From NCBI GenBank assembly GCA_049511815.1, contig JBEKXP010000005.1, positions 1 through 35,751 of the forward strand: a DNA stretch of 35,751 nt. Direction: 5' to 3'. The notes below the pieces were generated by a model. The model was not told where the DNA came from. It saw nothing but the letters and a program-made list of their open reading frames with translations, and did no database searches. Below are positions 1 through 8,043 of this stretch, in pieces. Each line of letters opens with the position of its first letter. Position 1 is the stretch's first letter. The position numbers and the translations under genes were made by a program. The stretch comes from Dehalococcoidia bacterium (GTDB lineage Bacteria > Chloroflexota > Dehalococcoidia > DSTF01 > JALHUB01).

Positions 1-102
1 CGCCCGCCTGCCGGTAGGCAGGGGTTTCAACCCGCAGTGCTGTTCCCCTCTTCCGGCCGCTCCCCCCTCAAACGGCAACGGCGACGGCCACCGGTAGGGC
101 GG

Positions 103-2622
103 CTACCGCGCTCGCCGCCTCCTCACGTACCACCCGCCCACGCCAAGCGCTACGACGCCCGCGGCCAAAGCAGCGGCGACTTCCGCTGGGATGGGGACGC
201 GGCTCCTGTCCGAGGCAGAGGCCTCCGGGATTGTGCCGGCCACATCCGGCGCTTCGGCTATGCCGCCGACGACAGCCACCGGCTGCGCAACGATGAAAGG
301 AGACAGGCTCGTGGTGTTGCCGCAGATAACGTGATTCACGGTGTCCACAGAAGTCGTGATGGGCGCGAATCCTCCGTTCACGTAGTGCAATAGCTTGAGC
401 TTCGACTCCGGTATGATTAGGTACGTTGGGTCATAGGCTATGCAGACTGTCACCAGGCCAGAGAAGGTCGCGGTGGTAGTGATGTCATAATAGGCTGGCT
501 GACCAGCGACGCCTAGAACGTGGTAGCCCGTTGGCGGGAGCGGACCGCTGCTAAGGAGATCCACTGAGGTATCGCCGCTCTGTGTGACGCTCGAGAACGT
601 AGTCTGCATTCCACCGATGGAACCCAAGCCACCATTCAAGGGCACGATGACGTTGATACCCGCGGGGGTGTACGGGTCTTGGATCACCGACACGGTGCCG
701 TCTCCCTGGTTCGTCACGTAGATGCGGTCGGTGTTGGGGTTGACGGCGACGCCCCGGGGGTTAGTCCCCACCGGTACGGTGGCCACGACGGTGTTCACGG
801 TAGGGCTCCCGAGCGCCCCGTCGATGACGGAGACGCTGCCGTTGGTGAAACCGTTCGTCACGTAGATGCGGTTGGTGCTGGGGTTGACGGCCATGCCGCT
901 GGCCCCGACCAACACGGTGGCGACGACGGTGTTGCTGTCGCCGTCGACCACCCAGACGCTGCCGCTCCCCACGTAGATGCGGTTGGTGCTCGGGTTGACG
1001 GCCAGGTCCCAGAAGTAACCGAAGACTTGTGCGGTGGTGCCGACAACGCTGTTGGTGGCGCCGTCGATGACGTCGACGGCCCCACAGTTCGCCACGTAGA
1101 TGAGGTTCGTGTTGGGGTTGACGGCCACTGGACCGCTGTCAGCACACGGCGACCCCGTCTCTACGGTGGCGACGACCGTGTTGCTGGTGCCGTCGATGAC
1201 GTAGACCTTGTCCATGCTGTCACCTTGCGTCACGTAGATGAGGTTCGTGTAGGGGTTGACAGCCACCCCACCGTCAGCCGAGACGATCATCCCCCCTACG
1301 GTGGCGACGACCTTGTTGCTGGCGCCGTCGATGACGGAGACGTTGCCGGCGGGACCGTTCACGTAGATGAGGTTCGTTTTGGGGTTGACAGCCACTCCAC
1401 CGCCACTCCCGACCCCCGCTACGGCGGCGACGACGGTATTCTTGGCGCCGTCGATGACGGAGACGCTGTTGTCGCCCGAGTTCGCCACGTAGATGAGGTT
1501 CGTGTTGGGGTTGACGGCTACGCCGCGAGGGCCACCGTAACCCCCGGCGCTTACCGTACCGACTACCGTGTTGCTGGCGCCGTCGATGGCGGAGACGTCG
1601 CCAGAATACTTCACGACGTAGATGAGGTTCGTGGTGGGGTTGACGGCCACGCCCTGGGGTGCATACATGCCCCCTACGGTGGCGACCACCGTGTTGCTGG
1701 CGCCGTCGATGACGGAGACGCTGTTGTCCAAGAAGTTCGTCACGTAGATGCGGTTCGTGGTGGGGTTGACGGCCACGCCCTGGGGGCCAATCCCAACCGG
1801 CACGGGGGTGCCGACAACCGGCACGGGGGTGCCGACGGGCATATTGGTGTTGCCGTCGATGACGGAGACGCTGTTGCTGCTGTAGTTCGCCACGTAGATG
1901 CGGTTCGTGGTGGGGTCGACGGCCACGCCCTGGGGGCCAATCCCAACCGGCACGGGGGTGCCGACGGGCATGTTGGTGTTGCCGTCGATGACGGTGACGG
2001 TGTTCATGCCATTGTTCGTCACGTAGATGCGGTTCGTGGTGGGGTTGACGGCCACGCCCTGGGGGCTAATCCCGACCGGCACGACGGCGAGGGGCACGTT
2101 AATGTTGCCGTCGATGACGAAGACGTCGTTGCTCCCAGAGTCTGCCACGTAGATCAGGTTCGTGGTGGGGTTCACGGCCACGCCCCGGGGGCCACTCCCG
2201 ACCGGCACGGGGGCGACGACGGACCAGTTGGTGTTGCCGTCGGCGACGGTGACGGTGTTGTTGCCGTAGTTCGTCACGTAGATGCGGTTCGTGGTGGGGT
2301 TCACGGCCACGCCCTGGGGGTCATTCATGTCCCCTAAGTAGCCGGCAAACGCGGGGCCGGCGCCGTCGATGACGGAGACGGCGGCGCTGTTACCATTCGC
2401 GGCGTAGATGCGGTTCGTGGTGGGGTTGACGGCCAGGCCGCGGGTCTGACTCCCGACCGCCACGGTGGCGATGACGGTTGGGTCGCCGGTGGCGGCGCGG
2501 GCGGCGGGTGCGGACCCCCGCAGGGCAAGAACGCCCGCTACTATCGAGAGAGCCAGCACTCCCGCCAGTCCTACGAGTACCAGTCGAAAAGGGGTTCCAG
2601 AAGGGGTTCCAGTGCGCATCAT
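103..2622 (-). CDS. YVTN-family beta-propeller repeat cell-surface protein (839 aa). It has an N-terminal signal/TM segment and a C-terminal TM anchor with an Arg-rich tail.
   Basis: About 15 repeats of the motif GVAVNPxTNxIYVxNxxxNxVSVIDGxxN. N-terminus is LVLVGLAGVLALSIVAGVLAL; C-terminus is VAAALAAGVVALGVGGWYVRRRRAR. SD GGAGGTG lies upstream of the ATG at 2622. Confidence 0.85.
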   Translation of the reverse strand: MMRTGTPSGTPFRLVLVGLAGVLALSIVAGVLALRGSAPAARAATGDPTVIATVAVGSQTRGLAVNPTTNRIYAANGNSAAVSVIDGAGPAFAGYLGDMNDPQGVAVNPTTNRIYVTNYGNNTVTVADGNTNWSVVAPVPVGSGPRGVAVNPTTNLIYVADSGSNDVFVIDGNINVPLAVVPVGISPQGVAVNPTTNRIYVTNNGMNTVTVIDGNTNMPVGTPVPVGIGPQGVAVDPTTNRIYVANYSSNSVSVIDGNTNMPVGTPVPVVGTPVPVGIGPQGVAVNPTTNRIYVTNFLDNSVSVIDGASNTVVATVGGMYAPQGVAVNPTTNLIYVVKYSGDVSAIDGASNTVVGTVSAGGYGGPRGVAVNPNTNLIYVANSGDNSVSVIDGAKNTVVAAVAGVGSGGGVAVNPKTNLIYVNGPAGNVSVIDGASNKVVATVGGMIVSADGGVAVNPYTNLIYVTQGDSMDKVYVIDGTSNTVVATVETGSPCADSGPVAVNPNTNLIYVANCGAVDVIDGATNSVVGTTAQVFGYFWDLAVNPSTNRIYVGSGSVWVVDGDSNTVVATVLVGASGMAVNPSTNRIYVTNGFTNGSVSVIDGALGSPTVNTVVATVPVGTNPRGVAVNPNTDRIYVTNQGDGTVSVIQDPYTPAGINVIVPLNGGLGSIGGMQTTFSSVTQSGDTSVDLLSSGPLPPTGYHVLGVAGQPAYYDITTTATFSGLVTVCIAYDPTYLIIPESKLKLLHYVNGGFAPITTSVDTVNHVICGNTTSLSPFIVAQPVAVVGGIAEAPDVAGTIPEASASDRSRVPIPAEVAAALAAGVVALGVGGWYVRRRRAR
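1795..1836. repeat. Perfect 21-bp in-frame tandem duplication (aaccggcacgggggtgccgac x2) inside the YVTN gene
   Basis: Direct reading: 1795-1815 is identical to 1816-1836. In the protein this gives PVGTPVPVVGTPVPV. Confidence 0.9.
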
Positions 2623-2669
2623 GCACCTCCGGAAGGTATTACTCCTAGCACGCTAGCGGGGATGGCGGA

Positions 2670-2698
2670 ATAATATAACGTCCCCAAAGGCTTGTCAA
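2670..2698 (-). promoter_or_regulatory. Candidate sigma70-type promoter of the YVTN gene
   Basis: On the minus strand: TTGACA (2698-2693), a 17-nt spacer, then TATTAT (2675-2670). This lies about 45 nt upstream of the ATG at 2622. Confidence 0.5.
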
Positions 2699-3050
2699 GG
2701 GGCAATCAGGAAGCCATGCGTTATCAACCTGAAGGTTACCCCCTTAGGATTCGCCTCTCCGCCTTGGGTGCCACCAGCCGCTTCCAAATCCCCCGCGCCT
2801 CTGCTATCCTCTCCTCGACAACTCCCGAAAGGCATCCAACGCCATGTTTACCCGTCCGGGAACTCCGCCTGCCCGTCTGGGCCAGCTTGTCCGCGCTTGC
2901 CCCTCTGGGCTCGCCGAAAAACGTGCATTCTTGCGTTACTTTCCCAGATTCGAAGCGGCACCACTCAGATTCAAGAAACAACGCAAAAAACAATTGAATT
3001 CAATGGGTCAATCAAGCGCCCCTCGGTCGGCCGCCGCATAGCCCGCCGTT

Positions 3051-3079
3051 TTGTCACGCCGCTGGCCCTGTGCTAAAAT
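3051..3079 (+). promoter_or_regulatory. Candidate promoter of dprA, giving a near-leaderless mRNA
   Basis: TTGTCA (3051-3056), a 17-nt spacer, then TAAAAT (3074-3079). The ATG is at 3089 with no SD in between. Confidence 0.55.
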
Positions 3080-3088
3080 GCGCGGCAA

Positions 3089-4207
3089 ATGGCCGACGAG
3101 ACCGACGACCTCAAGTACTGGATCGCTTTGGGGCGCATCCCGCGCATCGGGCGGGCGCGCTTCACCCTGCTCGAGAAGCACTTCGGGCGGCTGGAGAACG
3201 CCTGGACCGCCTCCGCCGCCGAGCTGCGCGCCGCCGGCCTCGACCAGGCGTCCGTCAACGCCATCGTCGCCGGGCGGCCGGAGGTTGAGCCGGACGCCGA
3301 GCTGGAGCGCCTCCGACGCGCCCACGTCGACGCCCTCACCTGGAACCATCCCTCCTATCCCGCCAAGCTGAAGGAGATCTACGACCTCCCGCCCGTCATC
3401 TACGTTCGCGGCAAGCTGGAAAGCGTCGACGAGTGGGCCGTCGCCATCGTCGGCACGCGGCGGGCCACGCCCTACGGCCGTCAGGTCGTCGAGCAGTTCT
3501 CCACCGACCTCGTGCGCAACAACGTCAGCGTCGTCAGCGGCCTCGCGCGCGGCATCGACGCCGTGGCGCATCGGGCGGCTCTGAGCGCCGGCGGCCGCAC
3601 AATCGCCGTGCTGGCCTGCGGGCTGGACATGGTCTACCCGCCGGAGCACGTGAAGCTGGCGCAGGAGATCACGGAGCACGGCGCGCTTCTCTCCGACTAC
3701 CCGCTCGGCACGCAGCCGCGCAGCGAGTTCTTCCCGCGGCGCAACCGCATCATGAGCGGCGTCAGCCTCGGCGTGCTGATGGTCGAAGGCGACCTCAAGA
3801 GCGGCGCCATGATCACCGCCCACCTGGCGCTGGAGCAGAACCGCGAGGTCTTCGCCGTGCCGGGCAGCATCTACGCCCCGACCTTCCGCGGCCCGAACAA
3901 GCTCATCCAGGACGGCGAAGCGAAGCTGGTATCTAAGGTGGAAGACATCCTCGAGGAGCTGAACCTGACGATGGTCGCGACGCAGGTTGAAATGAAGGAG
4001 CTCGTGCCGGCGGACGAAACGGAGCGCCTCCTCTTGCGACACCTGTCGTCGCAGCCGATACATATCGATGAGGTGCGCCGCGAGTCCGGGCTATCGATTG
4101 CGACGGTGAGCAGCACACTCGCCATGCTGGAGCTGAAGGGGATGGTGCGACAGGTGGGCCGCATGAACTACGTCCGCGTCCGAGAGGTGGGACCGACCTA
4201 CGGATGA
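3089..4207 (+). CDS. dprA: DNA processing/protecting protein DprA (Smf)
   Basis: Rossmann-like DprA core is present (VSGLARGIDAVAHRAAL...GGRTIAVLACGLDMVYPPEH...RNRIMSGVS). A C-terminal winged-helix-like tail follows. Confidence 0.9.
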   Translation: MADETDDLKYWIALGRIPRIGRARFTLLEKHFGRLENAWTASAAELRAAGLDQASVNAIVAGRPEVEPDAELERLRRAHVDALTWNHPSYPAKLKEIYDLPPVIYVRGKLESVDEWAVAIVGTRRATPYGRQVVEQFSTDLVRNNVSVVSGLARGIDAVAHRAALSAGGRTIAVLACGLDMVYPPEHVKLAQEITEHGALLSDYPLGTQPRSEFFPRRNRIMSGVSLGVLMVEGDLKSGAMITAHLALEQNREVFAVPGSIYAPTFRGPNKLIQDGEAKLVSKVEDILEELNLTMVATQVEMKELVPADETERLLLRHLSSQPIHIDEVRRESGLSIATVSSTLAMLELKGMVRQVGRMNYVRVREVGPTYG

Positions 4208-4222
4208 GAGTCCGCAGACCGC

Positions 4223-4246
4223 GTAGGTCGGGCGTCTCGCCCGACC
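4223..4246 (+). terminator. REP-like GC hairpin 15 nt downstream of the dprA stop
   Basis: Sequence is gtaggtcgggcgtctcgcccgacc, with a 10-bp stem (4225-4234 pairing with 4238-4247). No T-run follows. A near-identical copy lies downstream of gltX. Confidence 0.4.
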
Positions 4247-4260
4247 TGTTGCCGGACGAA

Positions 4261-4289
4261 TCGCAAAACGCGCGCAGAGGTGGCATAAT
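4261..4289 (+). promoter_or_regulatory. Candidate extended -10 promoter of topA
   Basis: A weak -35 TCGCAA (4261-4266) is followed by TGgCATAAT (4281-4289). SD AGGTAAGG precedes the ATG at 4322. Confidence 0.4.
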
Positions 4290-4321
4290 AGACTGGAGAT
4301 AGATTCAGCTCAGGTAAGGTA

Positions 4322-6577
4322 ATGACGAAGAAAAAACAGAGAAACCTGGTGATTGTTGAGTCACCGGCGAAGGCGCGGACCTTGGCCGGTCTTTTGGGCC
4401 CGCAATACGACGTCCACGCCTCCATCGGCCACGTGCGCGACCTGCCGAAGACGAAGCTCGGCGTGGACATCGACGACGGCTTTGCGCCGCGTTACGTCGT
4501 CCCGCGCGAGAAGGCGAAGGTGGTGCGACTGCTCAAGGCGGCGGCGGAAGACGCCGACCGCGTCTTCCTGGCGACTGACCCCGATCGCGAAGGCGAGGCG
4601 ATAGCCTGGCATGTCCTCGAGGCCGTGGGGCTGGAGGGCAAGCCGCACCAGCGCGTCGTATTCCACGAAGTGACAAAAGACGCCGTCCTCGACGCCTTCG
4701 CGCATCCGCGCCAGATAAACGAGCGCCTCGTCGACGCCCAGCAGGCGCGCCGCATCCTGGACCGCCTCGTCGGCTACAAGATAAGCCCCGTGCTCTGGCA
4801 GAAGGTCCGGCGCGGGCTCTCAGCGGGACGCGTGCAGTCGGTGGCCGTGCGCATGGTGGTCGAGCGCGAGAAGGAGATAACCGCCTTCGTCCCGCTGGAG
4901 TACTGGACGCTCGACGCGCGCCTGGCGAAAGCGAAGGGCGAGGGGACGCTCACGGCGCGCCTGGCCGGATTGGCCGGCAAGCGCAAGAAACTGGAGATCG
5001 CCAGCGCCGCGGAGTCGGAACGGCTGGTCGCGCTTCTGCAACCGGCGCGCTTCACTGTCATTTCCGTCCGCAAGAAGGACGTCCGCCAGCAGCCGGCGCC
5101 TCCCTTCACGACCAGCAGTATGCAGCAAGAGGCGTCGCGGCGGCTCGGCTTTACGGCGAAGCGCACGATGGCCGTCGCGCAGCAGCTCTACGAGGGCCTT
5201 TCGGTCCGCGGCGGCCAGGTGGGCCTTATCACCTACATGCGCACCGACTCGACGAACGTGGCGGCGACGGCGCTGAGCGAGACGCGCGAGTACATCGCTG
5301 AGCGGTTCGGCGCTTCACTGGTCCCGGCGGCGCCGCGCGTCTTCCGTAAGAAGGCAAAAGGCGCGCAGGAGGCGCACGAGGCGATCCGCCCCACGTCGGT
5401 GCACCGCGAGCCCGCCTCACTGAAAACGGCGCTCAACCGCGACCAGCTACGCCTCTACACGCTCATCTGGCAGCGTATGGTCGCCAGCCAGATGGCAGAC
5501 GCCGTCTACGATCAGACTGCAGTCGAAATCGAGGCGCAGCCGAAGGAAGGAGCGGAGCGCTACCTGTTCCGCGCGGCGCGCAGCTTCCTGCGCTTCCCCG
5601 GCTATCGCCAGGTCTATCAGGAAGCCACGGAGGAGGAGGAAACGGAAGAGAAGCGCCCGCTGCCTGCTCTCAGCGAAGGCGAAGATCTTCACCTGCAGGA
5701 CCTTTTGCCGGAGCAGCACTTCACGGAGCCGCCTCCGCGCTTCACGGAGGCGACGCTAGTGAAAGCGATGGAAGAGAACGGCATTGGGCGGCCGAGCACT
5801 TACGCGCCCATCCTCTCGACGATCCAGGACCGCGGCTACGTCGAGAAGGAAGGCCGGGCGCTGAAGCCCAAAGAGCTCGGCGTCGTCGTCAACGATCTGC
5901 TGGTCAGCTACTTCCCGGAGATAACCGCCGTCAGCTTCACCGCTGGAATGGAAGAAGAGCTGGATGAGATCGCCGGCGGCCAGCGCGAATGGCAGCCGGT
6001 CGTGCGCGACTTCTATAAGCCGCTAGAGGCCGCGCTTTCGGCGGCGGAGGCGGCCCCGCGCGTCGAAGAGAAAACGAGCGAGGTCTGCGACAAGTGCGGC
6101 CGGCCGATGGTGATCCGCTGGGGTCGCTTCGGGCGCTTCCTGGCGTGCAGCGGCTTCCCGGAGTGCAAGAACAGCCGGCCCCTGGAGCGCCAAGAGGAAC
6201 CGGTCCAGGCAACGGACGAGATATGCCCCGTCTGCGGCAAGCCGATGGTCATCCGGCGCGGACGTTTTGGGCCTTTCCTGGCTTGCTCCGACTACCCCAC
6301 CTGTCGCGGCACGCGTCGAATTCTCAACAAGGTCGGCGTCGCCTGCCCGGAGTGCGGCGGCGATGTCGTCGCCAAACGGACCCGCAAGGGTCGCACCTTC
6401 TACGGCTGCGCCAACTACCCGAAGTGCCAGTTCACAAGCTGGTCGCGGCCGCTCGCGGAGCCTTGCCCCGAGTGCGGCGGCGTTGTCGTCGCGCAGGCTG
6501 GCGGCAAGGCGAAATGCTTGAAGTGCAATTGGCGTGGCGCGCTGCCGAAGCGCCAGCCGGCGGAGGCTAGGGCCTAG
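4322..6577 (+). CDS. topA: DNA topoisomerase I with four C-terminal Cys4 zinc ribbons
   Basis: TOPRIM N-terminus (LVIVESPAKARTL, DPDREGEAIAWH), the catalytic Tyr region (GLITYMRTDS) and repeated CxxC...CxxC modules are all present. Confidence 0.95.
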   Translation: MTKKKQRNLVIVESPAKARTLAGLLGPQYDVHASIGHVRDLPKTKLGVDIDDGFAPRYVVPREKAKVVRLLKAAAEDADRVFLATDPDREGEAIAWHVLEAVGLEGKPHQRVVFHEVTKDAVLDAFAHPRQINERLVDAQQARRILDRLVGYKISPVLWQKVRRGLSAGRVQSVAVRMVVEREKEITAFVPLEYWTLDARLAKAKGEGTLTARLAGLAGKRKKLEIASAAESERLVALLQPARFTVISVRKKDVRQQPAPPFTTSSMQQEASRRLGFTAKRTMAVAQQLYEGLSVRGGQVGLITYMRTDSTNVAATALSETREYIAERFGASLVPAAPRVFRKKAKGAQEAHEAIRPTSVHREPASLKTALNRDQLRLYTLIWQRMVASQMADAVYDQTAVEIEAQPKEGAERYLFRAARSFLRFPGYRQVYQEATEEEETEEKRPLPALSEGEDLHLQDLLPEQHFTEPPPRFTEATLVKAMEENGIGRPSTYAPILSTIQDRGYVEKEGRALKPKELGVVVNDLLVSYFPEITAVSFTAGMEEELDEIAGGQREWQPVVRDFYKPLEAALSAAEAAPRVEEKTSEVCDKCGRPMVIRWGRFGRFLACSGFPECKNSRPLERQEEPVQATDEICPVCGKPMVIRRGRFGPFLACSDYPTCRGTRRILNKVGVACPECGGDVVAKRTRKGRTFYGCANYPKCQFTSWSRPLAEPCPECGGVVVAQAGGKAKCLKCNWRGALPKRQPAEARA

Positions 6578-6581
6578 CGCG

Positions 6582-7604
6582 ATGAGCAAGGCAGCCAGCG
6601 ACAGGGAAGTCGAGGCAGGACGGCTCTCCGAAGAGTTGCTCGCGGCCTTCCTGGCGATGCTTGCCGCCGAGCGGAACCGCTCCGCCTACACGCTGCGGAA
6701 CTACGCGACGGACCTGCGCGCCTACTTCGCCTTCCTCGCCGACAAACACATCGACGTCGTCGCCGCGGACCGCCATACCGTTCGCGCCTATCTCGCAAGT
6801 CTGATAGACGCCGGCATCGCCCCCGGCAGCACCGCGCGCAAGCTAAGCACCCTGCGCTCGTTCTATCGCTTTCTCCAGCAGGACGAAAAGATCGCCGTCA
6901 ACCCATGCGAGGGGATGCGCGGCCCGAAGCAAGCGCGGCGGCTGCCTTCGTTCCTGACTGAAGAAGAGGTGTCGGCGCTTGTTCTGGCGCCGGAGCCGGA
7001 TACGCCGCAGGGACTGCGCAATCGGGCGCTGCTGGAGCTCCTGTACGCGGCTGGCGTGCGCGTCGGCGAGGTGTTCAATCTGAACGCAGGCGACCTGGAG
7101 CTTTCGCCGGAGGGCGGCTCTTTGCGAGTGCGCGGCAAGGGCAACAAGCAGCGGGTCGTCCTCATCGGGCGGCCGGCGGCGCGCGCCCTCAAGCGATACT
7201 TGCGGCAGAGCCGGCCCGATCTGGCAAAGGGCCCACAAGAGGCGCTGTTCCTCAATCGCGACGGCGAACGGCTGTCGACGCGCGCGGTTCAGACGATAGT
7301 GCGCAAGGCCGCGCTTGCGTCGGGCCTCGACCGGCGAACGCATCCCCACCTTCTCCGTCACACCTTCGCCACCCACATGCTCGACGGCGGCGCGGACCTG
7401 CGCGTCGTCCAGGAGTTGATGGGGCACGCCAGTGCCAACACGACCCAGATCTACCTGCATGTCACCGAGGCCCGCCAGCGCCAGGTCTACGACGGAGCCT
7501 GGGACGCCATGGCCGAGAGCTATCGCCGCATCGCTGACGAGCGCGCGGGCTCCCGGGAAAGCGACGAGCAAGAGGAGGGAACCGATGCGAATTCTGCTGA
7601 TTGA
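6582..7604 (+). CDS. xerC: Tyrosine recombinase of the XerC/XerD family
   Basis: Motifs seen: NRSAYTLRNYATDLRAYF, GVRVGE, HLLRHTFATHML, LMGHASANTTQIYLHV. The start is moved to the ATG at 6582, just after the topA stop. Confidence 0.85.
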   Translation: MSKAASDREVEAGRLSEELLAAFLAMLAAERNRSAYTLRNYATDLRAYFAFLADKHIDVVAADRHTVRAYLASLIDAGIAPGSTARKLSTLRSFYRFLQQDEKIAVNPCEGMRGPKQARRLPSFLTEEEVSALVLAPEPDTPQGLRNRALLELLYAAGVRVGEVFNLNAGDLELSPEGGSLRVRGKGNKQRVVLIGRPAARALKRYLRQSRPDLAKGPQEALFLNRDGERLSTRAVQTIVRKAALASGLDRRTHPHLLRHTFATHMLDGGADLRVVQELMGHASANTTQIYLHVTEARQRQVYDGAWDAMAESYRRIADERAGSRESDEQEEGTDANSAD

Positions 7605-8043
7605 CGGTCCAAATCTGAACATGCTGGGAACACGCGAGCCGGACGTCTACGGCAAGGTGACTCTCGAGGAGATCCGCTCGCGGGTCAGCGAGAAGGCGAA
7701 AGAGCTGGACGTCGAGCTGCGGCCGTTCCAGTCCAACAGCGAAGGCGCAATCATCGATTTCATCCAGTCGGAGGCACCAGGCGCAGACGGAATCATCATC
7801 AATCCAGGCGCTCTCACCCATTACAGCTTCGCCCTGCGCGACGCCCTGGCCGCGAGCGCGCTGCCCGCCATCGAGGTGCACATCTCGAACATCTACGGGC
7901 GGGAGCACTTCCGGCGACGCTCCGTCACGGCGGCGGTCTGCCGGGGACTTGTCGCCGGTCTGGGCTGGCGAGGGTACGTCGCGGCCCTGGAAGCGTTCGT
8001 GGCAATCAAGAGCGAACTGCCGGCGGACAAGGGTTGGTGCTAA
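7585..8043 (+). CDS. aroQ: Type II 3-dehydroquinate dehydratase
   Basis: N-terminus MRILLIDGPNLNMLGTREPDVYG and the motif INPGALTHYSFALRDAL are present. SD AGGAGGG precedes the ATG at 7585. The gene overlaps the xerC end by 20 nt. Confidence 0.9.
   Translation: MRILLIDGPNLNMLGTREPDVYGKVTLEEIRSRVSEKAKELDVELRPFQSNSEGAIIDFIQSEAPGADGIIINPGALTHYSFALRDALAASALPAIEVHISNIYGREHFRRRSVTAAVCRGLVAGLGWRGYVAALEAFVAIKSELPADKGWC

Noticed and set aside
37-393. A 118-aa plus-strand ORF at the window start
   Set aside because: It is antisense to the 3' end of the YVTN gene. It is Arg/Pro-rich and has no SD.
679-2337. A 552-aa plus-strand ORF antisense to the YVTN gene
   Set aside because: Its translation is a monotonous low-complexity repeat (GGDDGV...VDDGDA...RHVDAVGVGVDGH) that mirrors the sense-strand repeats. 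There is no SD. The sense-strand product has a clear domain identity. This is a typical high-GC shadow ORF.
103-2622. Periodic repeats that could be mistaken for a CRISPR array or satellite DNA
   Set aside because: The repeats are in frame within one long ORF encoding YVTN propeller blades. The repeat units are about 129-150 bp with no unique spacers of CRISPR type.
3008-4063. A 351-aa minus-strand ORF antisense to dprA; similar antisense ORFs at 6843-7622, 9882-10814, 11004-11768, 12217-12945, 14725-15477, 16674-17609, 17402-18051 and 18649-19752
   Set aside because: Each overlaps a plus-strand or minus-strand gene that has clear family motifs. None shows recognisable motifs or SD sequences. 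All have skewed Arg/Ala/Gly/Pro composition.
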